Shown here piece after piece: positions 9,876 to 19,272 of a stretch of 35,285 bases of DNA; position 1 is the first letter of the stretch, and the number at the start of each line of letters is the position of its first letter. Under the pieces are notes generated by a model that was not told the origin of the DNA, searched no databases, and saw only the letters and a program-made list of their open reading frames with translations. The DNA comes from a virus (taxonomy: Duplodnaviria; Caudoviricetes). The stretch is taken from IMG/VR virus record IMGVR_UViG_3300006105_000057, positions 1 through 35,285 of that record. One strand, 5' to 3'. The position numbers were made by a program, and so were the translations under genes.

Positions 9876-11453
9876 ATGGCTGAGTTATTCGGTTTTGAGA
9901 TTAAACGCAAAAAGGAGAGGGAATTACCTTCAGTGGTAATCCCTACTCCAGATGATGGTTCTACTGTAACCACATCTGTCAACGCAGGAGCATATTATTC
10001 TCTTGTTGTTGACATGGAAGGTATTGTTAAAAACGAAAACGACCTTATCCGTCGTTATCGTGAAGTCGCTCAATATGCCGATTGCGATACTGCGATCGAT
10101 GATATTGTTAATGAAGCGATTGTTGTTGAAGAAGATGTAGAAGCTGTAAAAATTATTGCTGATGACATTAAAGTTTCTGATAGTATCAAGAAAAAGATAC
10201 GAGAAGAATTTGAAAATGTTATGATGTTATTAAGATTTCCTGATAAAGGACATGACCTTTTCAGACAGTGGTATATTGATGGAAGAATTTACTTCCACAT
10301 TCTTATTGACGAGAAAGATCCGAAACAAGGTATTCAAGAATTAAGACCTATCGATCCAAGAAAAATTCGTCGCATTAAGAATATTAGAAAAGATAAAGAT
10401 GGTAAAGGTGTTGAAGTTGTAGTTGGTATTGAAGAATACTACATCTATAATGACAAAGGAATTACAGAACAAACAACACAGGGTATCCGTTTAACTGTTG
10501 ACTCTGTGTTATATTGCGGTTCTGGTATGGTTGATGCTAACACTGGAATGATGTTATCTTATTTGCATAAAGCAATTAAGCCAGTCAATCAACTTAAGAT
10601 GATCGAAGATGCTGTAGTTATTTACCGTATCTCTCGTGCTCCAGAGCGTAGAATATTTTATGTTGATGTGGGTAATCTGCCAAAGATTAAAGCAGAACAA
10701 TATGTTAATGATTTAATGAATCGTTATCGTAATAAAGTTACATACGATGCTAACACTGGCGAAGTCCGTGACGATCGTAAGTTTCTTTCGATGCTTGAAG
10801 ACTTTTGGATGCCTCGTCGCGAAGGTGGTAAGGGAACAGAAATTACTACACTTCCAGGTGGTCAAAACCTTGGTGAAATCCAAGACATCCAATACTTCCA
10901 AGAGAAATTATATCAGGCGCTTAATGTGCCAACAAGCAGACTCAAATCTGGCGATGGTTTCCAGTTAGGTCGTGCTTCTGAAATTAGTCGCGATGAATTG
11001 AAATTTACAAAGTTTATCTCTAGATTGCGTAAGCGTTTTACTGCTCTCTTTAATGACGCTTTAAAAGTTCAATTGATTGCTAAAGGTATTATTCGTGAAG
11101 ACGAGTGGTCAGATATCAAGAAAGATCTGCGCTACGACTTTATGAAAGACAACGACTTTGCTGAGTTGAAAGATGCTGAGATTCTTGCTAATAGAATTCA
11201 GGCATTACAACAAATTGAGCCATATATTGGTAAGTTTTATTCAACCGATTGGGTTAAGAAAAATGTTCTGCGTTTATCTGAAGACCAAATCGAAGATATG
11301 GATACACAAATCAAGAAAGATGGAGATTACCAATTAAGTAATGCTCAAATGCAAGGTCAAATGGCTGGTATCCAACAAGTTGCTACCAACCAAGAACTTG
11401 ATAAAGCTGGATTCCTAGATACTGGCGAAGACAAAACAGGAGATAAGAAATGA
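9876..11453 (+). CDS. gp20: Portal protein gp20
   Basis: LFGFEI, FRQWYIDGRIY, YRISRAPERRIFYVDVGNLP, EDFWMPRREGGKGTEITTLPGGQNLG. Confidence 0.98.
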   Translation: MAELFGFEIKRKKERELPSVVIPTPDDGSTVTTSVNAGAYYSLVVDMEGIVKNENDLIRRYREVAQYADCDTAIDDIVNEAIVVEEDVEAVKIIADDIKVSDSIKKKIREEFENVMMLLRFPDKGHDLFRQWYIDGRIYFHILIDEKDPKQGIQELRPIDPRKIRRIKNIRKDKDGKGVEVVVGIEEYYIYNDKGITEQTTQGIRLTVDSVLYCGSGMVDANTGMMLSYLHKAIKPVNQLKMIEDAVVIYRISRAPERRIFYVDVGNLPKIKAEQYVNDLMNRYRNKVTYDANTGEVRDDRKFLSMLEDFWMPRREGGKGTEITTLPGGQNLGEIQDIQYFQEKLYQALNVPTSRLKSGDGFQLGRASEISRDELKFTKFISRLRKRFTALFNDALKVQLIAKGIIREDEWSDIKKDLRYDFMKDNDFAELKDAEILANRIQALQQIEPYIGKFYSTDWVKKNVLRLSEDQIEDMDTQIKKDGDYQLSNAQMQGQMAGIQQVATNQELDKAGFLDTGEDKTGDKK

Positions 11454-11920
11454 GTACTCGCGATTTAATTGATGCAATTTACAGCGGAGATGCTACTAGC
11501 ATTGAAGCAGCGTTTAACCAAACAATGGCTGTTAAAGTATCTGAGAAGTTAGACGATATGCGTTCTAATGTTTCTCAGAACATGTTCGCTTCTCAAGAAG
11601 AAGTTGTTGAAGAAGAAAAAGAGTCAAAGGTAAAACCTATGGGAACTCATCCAGGAAACGAGAAAGACGAATTGGATGACGAGAAGTTAATTAAGAAAAT
11701 GGTTAAGAAGTCTGCTCTTAAAAATGAAGAAGTAGAAAACCTTGACGAAAAGAATTGGATCGCTGGCGCTATCAAACATCCAGGAGCAGAAACTGCAGCA
11801 GCTAAAAAAGCTGGTGAGTCTACTCATGAATATGCTGAGAAGCATAAACACGCTACAGGTACTGCAGGAAAGCGTGCTCGTTTGGCATTAACATTGGCTA
11901 AATTAAACAAGAAAAAGTAA
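11450..11920 (+). CDS. Putative prohead core protein (gp67-like position) with basic C-terminal module
   Basis: Immediately follows the portal. N-term DLIDAI..GD....EAAF...MA.KV...LD resembles small prohead core proteins; acidic middle; basic tail. Confidence 0.6.
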   Translation: MSTRDLIDAIYSGDATSIEAAFNQTMAVKVSEKLDDMRSNVSQNMFASQEEVVEEEKESKVKPMGTHPGNEKDELDDEKLIKKMVKKSALKNEEVENLDEKNWIAGAIKHPGAETAAAKKAGESTHEYAEKHKHATGTAGKRARLALTLAKLNKKK

Positions 11921-12465
11921 TGACTAAAAGTTATAACTCGTTCCGCAAGCAAGTCCTATCTAATAATGGACTTTCTGCATCATTCACAGTTTATAACTAC
12001 TATGTTGATATTTCTGAAGAGTTAGATATTTTCGTTGATGGCGACCATGTTGAATATGAAGCGAAGACATTGGAAGAAGCAAGCAATTACGCAAAATCAT
12101 ATATTGAAAACATTAAGTTATTAGAGAATATTGAAACGACAATACCTGAAGAAAAAGTAGCTAGTTATATTAGACAATATCACGATATCGATAAAATTAC
12201 AGATACCCTTATAGAATCATATATTGAGCTTGCTTCTTCCAATGTTTTTACTATTGATCCAGTTGTTACTGCGATTAAAGAATCTAAGTTGTCAGAATTT
12301 TCTGGTAAGTTAGAATACGAATTAGAAGATGGTTCTGTTGTTGCGATTGACGAGTCTACGCAAGAATCGCTAAATATATTATTGAAAGAACACAACGAAG
12401 TTGTTGAATATATGCGCGAAAGCAAAGACAACTTTATGAAAATAATAAAAGAACTCGGGGAATAA
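11920..12465 (+). CDS. Hypothetical protein, probable head/prohead core component
   Basis: 181-aa ORF coupled by a TAATG overlap within the head operon. Confidence 0.55.
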   Translation: MTKSYNSFRKQVLSNNGLSASFTVYNYYVDISEELDIFVDGDHVEYEAKTLEEASNYAKSYIENIKLLENIETTIPEEKVASYIRQYHDIDKITDTLIESYIELASSNVFTIDPVVTAIKESKLSEFSGKLEYELEDGSVVAIDESTQESLNILLKEHNEVVEYMRESKDNFMKIIKELGE

Positions 12466-12466
12466 A

Positions 12467-12958
12467 ATGGCTGTCTTATTTACAACTGTTAAGAATACAA
12501 ACCAAGAAACAATTATCCACTTCGATACAGTGGCAGCTGAATCTGGTACTATTGCTTTGAACACTCTTGGTTGTTCTACACAAGCATTGACATCTGGTGG
12601 AACTCCTACTGTTAATATCGTTAAATTTTTCTCAACTGGAGAACTTGGTGCTGGATTAAGAATTGTTCGTAACAGTAAAAATATTATTGCTTGCGCTCCA
12701 GAAAATGCTCCAATGTTGGATTTAAATTCAAATGGATTTTCTGACCACACAAATAATACTTACGATATTGTTGTAACAAATGATGTTGCGAAACCAGTAA
12801 CTGGTTATCTGGTTCTTCGTAAAGTGTCTGGTTGGGATACAACTGTTGAAAATGCTACTTATGGTGCATACGATGACCCAACTGTAGTTGGTCCAGATAG
12901 CAATTCTGGCGCACCAACTGGAACTGGTAGCAATAACGCAGGAGGAGCATTCAGATAA
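12467..12958 (+). CDS. Hypothetical protein in head operon
   Basis: 163-aa ORF with SD GGGG/GGAA; stop overlaps the gp21 start. Confidence 0.55.
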   Translation: MAVLFTTVKNTNQETIIHFDTVAAESGTIALNTLGCSTQALTSGGTPTVNIVKFFSTGELGAGLRIVRNSKNIIACAPENAPMLDLNSNGFSDHTNNTYDIVVTNDVAKPVTGYLVLRKVSGWDTTVENATYGAYDDPTVVGPDSNSGAPTGTGSNNAGGAFR

Positions 12959-13608
12959 TGAAACTAATTAGAGAAGATGTTCACGATACTAAGTTTATCG
13001 TAGAAGAAAAAGAAGGAAAGAAGACTCTCTTTATTGAGGGAGTTTTCTTACAATCAGAACTCGTAAATCGTAACAACCGCATGTATAAAGAAGATATTAT
13101 GGATCGCGAAGTTGGTCGTTACTTGAAAGAGTGCGTTGATAATAATCGTGCCTATGGCGAACTTGGTCATCCAGAAAACCCATCTATTAACTTAGATCGT
13201 GTTTCTCATATGATTACTTCTTTACGCAAAGAAGGCACAAATTGGATTGGAAAAGCAAAGATTCTAGAAACACCTATGGGTAACATTGCTCGTGGTTTGT
13301 TAGAGGGTGGTGCAAATCTTGGCGTTTCAAGTAGAGCAATGGGATCCCTTCAGGAAAACTCTGATGGCGTTCAGGTTGTTCAAGATGACTTTATGTTGTC
13401 TACAGCTGCGGATATCGTAGCTGACCCATCTGCCCCAGACGCATTCGTGCGTGGAATTATGGAAGGCAAAGAATGGGTTTTTGTTGATGGAAAGTTTGTG
13501 GAAAAACATATCGAAGAAACAAAACGAGCAATTAAAAAGGTTTCTTCAAGACAATTAGCCGAAACTCAAATTAGAGAGTTTCAAAATTTCCTGAGTAAAA
13601 TCAGGTAA
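12958..13608 (+). CDS. gp21: Prohead protease gp21
   Basis: FIEGVFLQSE..NRN.RMY, AYGELGHP, LGVSSRAMGS, DIVADPSAPDAFV. Confidence 0.97.
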   Translation: MKLIREDVHDTKFIVEEKEGKKTLFIEGVFLQSELVNRNNRMYKEDIMDREVGRYLKECVDNNRAYGELGHPENPSINLDRVSHMITSLRKEGTNWIGKAKILETPMGNIARGLLEGGANLGVSSRAMGSLQENSDGVQVVQDDFMLSTAADIVADPSAPDAFVRGIMEGKEWVFVDGKFVEKHIEETKRAIKKVSSRQLAETQIREFQNFLSKIR

Positions 13609-13610
13609 TT

Positions 13611-13618
13611 TATAAATA
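13611..13618 (+). promoter_or_regulatory. T4 late promoter TATAAATA for gp22-gp23
   Basis: Exact consensus in the intergenic region upstream of gp22. Confidence 0.85.
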
Positions 13619-13655
13619 ATTACATAGAACTTATCCAGTTACAGGAGATAACAAG

Positions 13656-14738
13656 ATGTCAATCGAACAAAAAATCGCTGAAATCCTTGCTGAATCAAAA
13701 GCAAAGAAAACAGCACTTTCCGAAGAAGTAAAAGAAATGGGTGCTGAACATGGCGCTAACAATAAAGTTAGAGAGCATGAGTCAGGAAAAGAAGAAAGCC
13801 ATTTAAAAGGTTTTACTGATGGTCACACTAAAGTTGATGGTATGAATCCTGACAACAAGCGTAATTCTGCTGAAGAGCAAGAAGAAGGCGAAGAAGGAAC
13901 TAAAGACCACAGCCGTGACAATCCAGCAAACAAACACGCTGAAGCAGCTGAGAAGAGCCACTTAGATGGTTTCGCTGACAAACATGAAGTTCACCATACT
14001 ACTCCATTCAAGTATGATGATCATATCAATGCTTTGACTAAAGGCGAAAACCTCCCAGAAGGTTTCAAAGAAAAAGCAGCTACAATTTTTGAAGCAGCAG
14101 TTATGTCTCGTATTACTGAAGAAACTGCTCGTTTAGAAGAATCTTATGCAGCTCGTCTGCAAGAAGAAGTTGAAAGTATCAAAGAGGGTCTTGTTGAAAA
14201 AGTTGATGGATATCTCGGCTATATTGTCGAGCAGTGGGTGCAAGAGAATGAGTTAGCCCTTGAATCTGGTATGAAGTCTGAAATCATGGAGAGCTTTATT
14301 GAAGGTATGAAGTCTGTATTTGCTGAACACTATATCGAAGTTCCAGAAGAGAAGTTTGATGTATTGGCAGATTTACAAGAACAATTATCTGAAGTAGCAG
14401 CTAAACTTGATGAACAATTAGAAGCAAATGTTGAATTGACTAAAGTTGTTAATGAACAGAAGCGTGTTACAGCTATCGCTGAAACTGCTGATGGATTAAC
14501 TGATACTGAAGTTGAAAAATTCGCTGCTCTTGCTGAAGAGTTGAGCTACGAAGATTTAGATACATATGCTACAAAATTACAGACTATCCGTGAAAATTAT
14601 TTTGGTAAATCAAAAGCAGCTGTTTCCACTGTGAAATCTGCTGTTACTGATACACCTGTTGAGCAACTAACTGAGGCAGCACCTATCGATCCTTCTGTTA
14701 AGAAGTATCTTGATGTCCTCGACAAATTTAAACAATAA
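13656..14738 (+). CDS. gp22: Prohead core scaffold protein gp22
   Basis: FKEKAATIFEAAV, VDGYLGYIVEQW..ENELA, EHYIEVPEEK, KLQTIRENYF; acidic coiled coil. Confidence 0.93.
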   Translation: MSIEQKIAEILAESKAKKTALSEEVKEMGAEHGANNKVREHESGKEESHLKGFTDGHTKVDGMNPDNKRNSAEEQEEGEEGTKDHSRDNPANKHAEAAEKSHLDGFADKHEVHHTTPFKYDDHINALTKGENLPEGFKEKAATIFEAAVMSRITEETARLEESYAARLQEEVESIKEGLVEKVDGYLGYIVEQWVQENELALESGMKSEIMESFIEGMKSVFAEHYIEVPEEKFDVLADLQEQLSEVAAKLDEQLEANVELTKVVNEQKRVTAIAETADGLTDTEVEKFAALAEELSYEDLDTYATKLQTIRENYFGKSKAAVSTVKSAVTDTPVEQLTEAAPIDPSVKKYLDVLDKFKQ

Positions 14739-14751
14739 AAAGGAAATAAAA

Positions 14752-16056
14752 ATGTCTACTCAAGACCGTCAAGCCCTATTAAAGAAATGGGCACCAATCC
14801 TTGAACATAGCGCAATGCCATCAATCAAGGATAACTATCGTAAAGAAGTTACTGCTGTTCTTTTGGAAAACCAAGAACGCGAAGGCGCAAAGCAAGCAGA
14901 AGCATTGTTCGAAACTATCGCTGCTAACAATGGCGGAACTGGTGTCGCATTAGGCGGATCTGGTTCTTCTACTGGTACTGTTGCTGGTTACGATCCAGTG
15001 TTGATCAGCTTGGTTCGCCGTGCTGCTCCACAAATGATCGCTTATGATGTTTGCGGTGTACAACCAATGACTCAACCAACTGGCTTGATCTTCGCTATGA
15101 AGTCACGCTACTCTGCTCAAAACGGTACTGAAGCATTGTTCAACGAAGCTGATACTGGCTTTGCTGGAACTGGTTCTGCTGCTGGTCATAACCCTGTTTC
15201 TGGTAGCTATACTACTGGTACTGGTATGACTACTGCTACTGCTGAAGATTTAGGTGATTCAGGTGGTTCTACTTTCAATCAAATGGCTTTCTCTATCGAG
15301 AAAACTTCTGTAACTGCACAAACTCGTGCATTGAAAGCAGAATACACTGTTGAATTAGCACAAGACTTGAAATCAGTTCATGGTCTTGACGCTGAAGGTG
15401 AATTGTCTAACATTCTTTCAACAGAAATCCTTGCTGAAATCAACCGTGAAGTTATCCGTACTATCTACAATGTAGCTAAGACTGGTGCTCAAGTTGGTAC
15501 TGCTACTGCTGGTACTTTTGACCTTGATGTTGATTCAAATGGTCGTTGGTCTGTTGAGAAATTCAAAGGACTCTTGTTCCAAATCGAACGCGAAGCTAAT
15601 GCGATCGCTCAACAAACTCGTCGTGGTAAAGGTAATTTCATCATCTGTTCTTCAGATGTTGCTTCTGCTTTGGCTATGGCTGGTGTTCTTGACTATGCTC
15701 CAGCATTGTCTACTAACTTAAATGTTGACGAAGCTAGCACTACTTTTGCTGGTGTATTGAATGGTCGTTACAAAGTTTATGTTGACCCATTCTCTGCTAA
15801 CCAATCAGCTACTCAGTTCTTTACTGTTGGCTACAAAGGTACTTCTGCTTTTGACGCTGGTATTTTCTACTGCCCATATGTTCCATTACAATTGGTTCGT
15901 GCAGTTGATCCAAATACTTTCCAACCAAAGATTGGTTTCAAGACTCGTTACGGTTTAGTATCTAACCCATTCGTTCAGTTGGACGGCAACAACACTAACC
16001 TACAATCAGGTACTAACTACTACTACCGTAAGGTAGCTGTTACTAACTTGATGTAA
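14752..16056 (+). CDS. gp23: Major capsid protein gp23
   Basis: KKWAPIL, VTAVLLENQ, DPVLISLVRR, GVQPMTQPTGLIFAM, RWSVEKFKGL, FYCPYVPL, FQPKIGFKTRYG. Start placed at ATG 14752 after SD AAGGA; likely gp21 cleavage at ALFE/T. Confidence 0.98.
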   Translation: MSTQDRQALLKKWAPILEHSAMPSIKDNYRKEVTAVLLENQEREGAKQAEALFETIAANNGGTGVALGGSGSSTGTVAGYDPVLISLVRRAAPQMIAYDVCGVQPMTQPTGLIFAMKSRYSAQNGTEALFNEADTGFAGTGSAAGHNPVSGSYTTGTGMTTATAEDLGDSGGSTFNQMAFSIEKTSVTAQTRALKAEYTVELAQDLKSVHGLDAEGELSNILSTEILAEINREVIRTIYNVAKTGAQVGTATAGTFDLDVDSNGRWSVEKFKGLLFQIEREANAIAQQTRRGKGNFIICSSDVASALAMAGVLDYAPALSTNLNVDEASTTFAGVLNGRYKVYVDPFSANQSATQFFTVGYKGTSAFDAGIFYCPYVPLQLVRAVDPNTFQPKIGFKTRYGLVSNPFVQLDGNNTNLQSGTNYYYRKVAVTNLM

Positions 16057-16107
16057 TCTTGAATTCGGCTTGGTTATGAATTAAGCCGACATTAAGAAGC
16101 GGTGTTT

Positions 16108-16137
16108 AAGGGAGACAGAAATGTCTCCCTTTTTTTT
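16108..16137 (+). terminator. Intrinsic terminator after gp23
   Basis: AAGGGAGACA-GAAA-TGTCTCCCTT perfect stem with GNRA loop followed by a T run. Confidence 0.92.
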
Positions 16138-16139
16138 CA

Positions 16140-16147
16140 TATAAATA
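16140..16147 (+). promoter_or_regulatory. T4 late promoter TATAAATA for gp3 (near-leaderless transcript)
   Basis: Exact consensus 5 nt upstream of ATG 16153; no SD. Confidence 0.75.
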
Positions 16148-16152
16148 AGTGT

Positions 16153-16686
16153 ATGAGCATAACACTAACAAACCCAACAAATACAAATCCACTCTCACCG
16201 AATGGGTTTAAATTCAATATCGCTTCGCTGCCAGAAGTAGAATTTTTCTGTCAGCAAGTTCAGATTCCAGGCATTACATTTGGCGATCCAGTATTGGCTA
16301 ACCCATTTGCTAATATGCCAATTCCAGGCGACCATTTAACATACGATTTGTTAAAGGTTCGTTTCCTTGTTGATGAAAACATGGACAACTATATTGCTGT
16401 ATATAACTGGTTAATTGGTTTGGGATTCCCACAAAGTTATCAGCAGTATATTGATTATATTTCTGCTTCACAGGCAAGTGTTATTGGCAATTTGTCTTCC
16501 AATTATTCTGTTGGAACTATGCAAATATTAAACAACACAAACAATCCTGTAAAGACAATTACTTTTAATGATTTGTTTCCAATTTCTCTTGAGTCGTTGG
16601 ACTTTGAATCTACTAACACCGATGTGCCTTATTTGCAAGGCGAAGCAACATTCCGTTTCTCCTACTATACTTTTGCAGCTCCATAA
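16153..16686 (+). CDS. gp3: Tail completion/tube terminator protein gp3-like
   Basis: NPLSPNGFKF, VEFFCQQVQIPG, PGDHLTY, FLVDENMDNY, FPISL; the tracked 16102 start runs through the terminator, so 16153 is preferred. Confidence 0.85.
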   Translation: MSITLTNPTNTNPLSPNGFKFNIASLPEVEFFCQQVQIPGITFGDPVLANPFANMPIPGDHLTYDLLKVRFLVDENMDNYIAVYNWLIGLGFPQSYQQYIDYISASQASVIGNLSSNYSVGTMQILNNTNNPVKTITFNDLFPISLESLDFESTNTDVPYLQGEATFRFSYYTFAAP

Positions 16687-16687
16687 C

Positions 16688-16716
16688 TTGCTATAAATTT
16701 GCTTTTGTAGTATAAT
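16688..16716 (+). promoter_or_regulatory. Sigma70-type promoter for uvsY-uvsW
   Basis: TTGCTA-17 nt-TATAAT. Confidence 0.75.
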
Positions 16717-16742
16717 TATAGTATATAACTGGAGAATTTATT

Positions 16743-17180
16743 ATGAACCTTGAAGAATTGCAAAGATCGTGGGCTGCAGACTGTGTTATTGATGACAATC
16801 ATTTAGATCAAGAATCCGTCAACACAGCAAAACTCCACTCAAAATATTTAAACGAACTCATTCGATTCAAGTTACAACTTGCTAAAATGAAGTCTGACTA
16901 CAACACACTCCGCCAAGACAAATTCCGCTATTATCGTGGCGAATTAACTCGTGAAGAATTACATGACTTGGGTTGGTCACAATGGCAAGGTATCAAACCA
17001 CTCAAGAATGAAATGGAAGAGTTTCTTGGTGGTGATGAAGATCTAAATCACGCAGAGATTAAAGCAAACTACATTCAATGTATAGTTGATTTTCTCGAAT
17101 CCGTAATGAATCAAATTAAAGCTCGCGACTGGCAAATTCGCAACAGTATCGAGTGGAAGAAATTTATAAGTGGCGCATGA
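16743..17180 (+). CDS. uvsY: Recombination mediator UvsY
   Basis: LEELQ..W..D..ID, LHSKYL, YYRG, R.WQIRN.IEWKKF..G; adjacent to uvsW. Confidence 0.92.
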   Translation: MNLEELQRSWAADCVIDDNHLDQESVNTAKLHSKYLNELIRFKLQLAKMKSDYNTLRQDKFRYYRGELTREELHDLGWSQWQGIKPLKNEMEEFLGGDEDLNHAEIKANYIQCIVDFLESVMNQIKARDWQIRNSIEWKKFISGA

Positions 17181-18664
17181 TAACAGTAGAAAAAATTGAC
17201 GAAGTTCATCTAAGAATCTATGCTGACGATCCGTCGCTAGAACAAGAACTATCAGACTTCTTTACCTTTGAATATCCAGGAGCAAGGTTTACTCCGCAGT
17301 ATCGTGCTCGTCTTTGGGATGGTAAAGTAAGGTTATATGATATCATTCGTAAAACATTATATGTTGGACTAGTCAATTATGTAATTGAGTTCTGTGATAG
17401 AAACGATTACGCAATACAGTTTAAAGATAAAGATAATATTCTTGGTCGCGAGAATACTACATACCAGCAAGTAGAAGAATTTGCTAAATGGTTAAACCCT
17501 CATGGTCATGGTAAACCAATCGAGATTCGCGACTATCAAATAGAAGCAGTTAGACATGCGCTTGATCATAAGCGTACTCTGTTGCTCTCTCCTACCGCAT
17601 CAGGTAAATCCTTTATCATCTATACAACTATGCGCCATCATTTAGAAGCTGGGCGCAAGTGTATTATTATTGTTCCTACTACTTCTCTCGTTGAACAATT
17701 ATACGCTGACTTTGAAGATTACTCAAGTGCCAATGGTTGGAAAACATCATTTCATTGTCAAAAATTATACAGCGGATTTACCAAAGATATATCTAAAGAT
17801 GTGTTAATTACAACTTGGCAATCTGTTTATAAACAACCAAAGGCATGGTTCAATCAGTTTGATGTAATTTTTGGAGATGAAGCCCACCAATTTAAAGCCA
17901 ACTCGTTGAGTTTGGTTATGGGTAAAATGACTGATATAAAATATCGTATCGGAACTACAGGAACTCTCGACAACAAGAAAGTTCATAAGTTGGTTCTCGA
18001 AGGTATGTTTGGTCCAACCCATCGAGTAACTACAACTAAAGAACTGATGGACTCGGGAACATTAGCCAAACTAAATATTACATGTATACTACTGAAGTAT
18101 GATGATATAACTCGTCAAGGTAGAAAAAATAATCAATACGCTGATGAGATGGATTTTATTGTAACGCATGAGAAACGAAATAATTTTATTCGTAATCTTG
18201 CATTAAATTGTGAAGGTAATACTCTTGTTCTTTTCCAGTTTGTAAAGAAACATGGTAAAGTTCTTATGAAAATGATTGAGGAAAAAGCGCACGATAAAAG
18301 AAAAGTTTTCTTTGTGTCTGGCGATACTGATGTTGAAGATAGAGAAGCCATTAGAAGAATTACAGAAACTGAGAGCGATGCTATTATTGTTGCTAGTTTT
18401 GGTACATTTTCTACAGGTATCAATATACCCTCTCTCGAGAATGTCGTTTTCGCATCCCCATCGAAATCGAAAATACGAAATCTACAAAGTATTGGTCGTG
18501 GATTAAGATTGAAGTCTGGTAAGACAGAATGTAATCTATATGATTTGGCAGACGACCTGAGTTGGAAATCTTGGAAGAATCATACTTTGAATCACTTCGC
18601 TGAAAGATTAAAAACCTACTCAGAAGAAAAATTTAATTACAAGATCGTCGAGGTAAAACTATGA
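17177..18664 (+). CDS. uvsW: SF2 DNA helicase UvsW
   Basis: WDGKVRL, RDYQ, SPTASGKS, GDEAH, FSTGINI, LQSIGRGLR; ATG 17177 overlaps the uvsY stop. Confidence 0.97.
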   Translation: MITVEKIDEVHLRIYADDPSLEQELSDFFTFEYPGARFTPQYRARLWDGKVRLYDIIRKTLYVGLVNYVIEFCDRNDYAIQFKDKDNILGRENTTYQQVEEFAKWLNPHGHGKPIEIRDYQIEAVRHALDHKRTLLLSPTASGKSFIIYTTMRHHLEAGRKCIIIVPTTSLVEQLYADFEDYSSANGWKTSFHCQKLYSGFTKDISKDVLITTWQSVYKQPKAWFNQFDVIFGDEAHQFKANSLSLVMGKMTDIKYRIGTTGTLDNKKVHKLVLEGMFGPTHRVTTTKELMDSGTLAKLNITCILLKYDDITRQGRKNNQYADEMDFIVTHEKRNNFIRNLALNCEGNTLVLFQFVKKHGKVLMKMIEEKAHDKRKVFFVSGDTDVEDREAIRRITETESDAIIVASFGTFSTGINIPSLENVVFASPSKSKIRNLQSIGRGLRLKSGKTECNLYDLADDLSWKSWKNHTLNHFAERLKTYSEEKFNYKIVEVKL

Positions 18665-19125
18665 ACGAACAGTTTGTTTATATTAAATTAGTAACTGGCG
18701 AACAGTTGATGGCATATAAAGAGTCAGAAGACGATGAGTCAATGACTTTGAAATTTCCTATGTTAATTAAAACACATATGGTTGGTGTTGCAGGTGGAAG
18801 AGTTTCTGAACAAGTTACCGCAGGTCCATATACTTTATTCGTTGACACAACAAAACCATTCCATGTAAACAAGAAACATATTGTGTTAGATACACAGCTA
18901 TCTGAAAAAGCAATTCCCCACTATGTGCATTTGGTTCGCGACCACGAGGGTGTTAAATTATCGTATACACAAAATGGTTTGGATTGGGAAGATGAAGTTA
19001 AGCGTCCTGAGATAGAAACAGCTAAAGCCATCGCTGCTTTGAAATCAATAGCAGAACAGATAGAGGAAGTAGAAGAAGAGGAAGATTTCAAAATCTTTAT
19101 CGAAGGTAATAATACATTTCATTAA
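18661..19125 (+). CDS. Conserved T4-like hypothetical protein (possible Sm-like fold)
   Basis: IKLVTGEQLMA motif; typical position between uvsW and gp55. Confidence 0.65.
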   Translation: MNEQFVYIKLVTGEQLMAYKESEDDESMTLKFPMLIKTHMVGVAGGRVSEQVTAGPYTLFVDTTKPFHVNKKHIVLDTQLSEKAIPHYVHLVRDHEGVKLSYTQNGLDWEDEVKRPEIETAKAIAALKSIAEQIEEVEEEEDFKIFIEGNNTFH

Positions 19126-19148
19126 CTTTCTTCAAACCCTACATCGAG

Positions 19149-19177
19149 AGTATACGCTTTCGTCAAGCAAATAGCAA
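19149..19177 (-). promoter_or_regulatory. Antisense sigma70-type promoter
   Basis: Minus strand reads TTGCTA (19177-19172), 17 nt, TATACT (19154-19149). Confidence 0.55.
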
Positions 19178-19211
19178 ATTTATTTTATTGCAATAATTAC
19201 AAGAAGAAAAA

Positions 19212-19240
19212 TTGCTTTTTAAATCAAAAGGTAGTATACT
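19212..19240 (+). promoter_or_regulatory. Sigma70-type promoter for gp55
   Basis: TTGCTT-17 nt-TATACT. Confidence 0.7.
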
Positions 19241-19272
19241 TCTGGTAATAACAAAAATTATGGAGTTTTATT

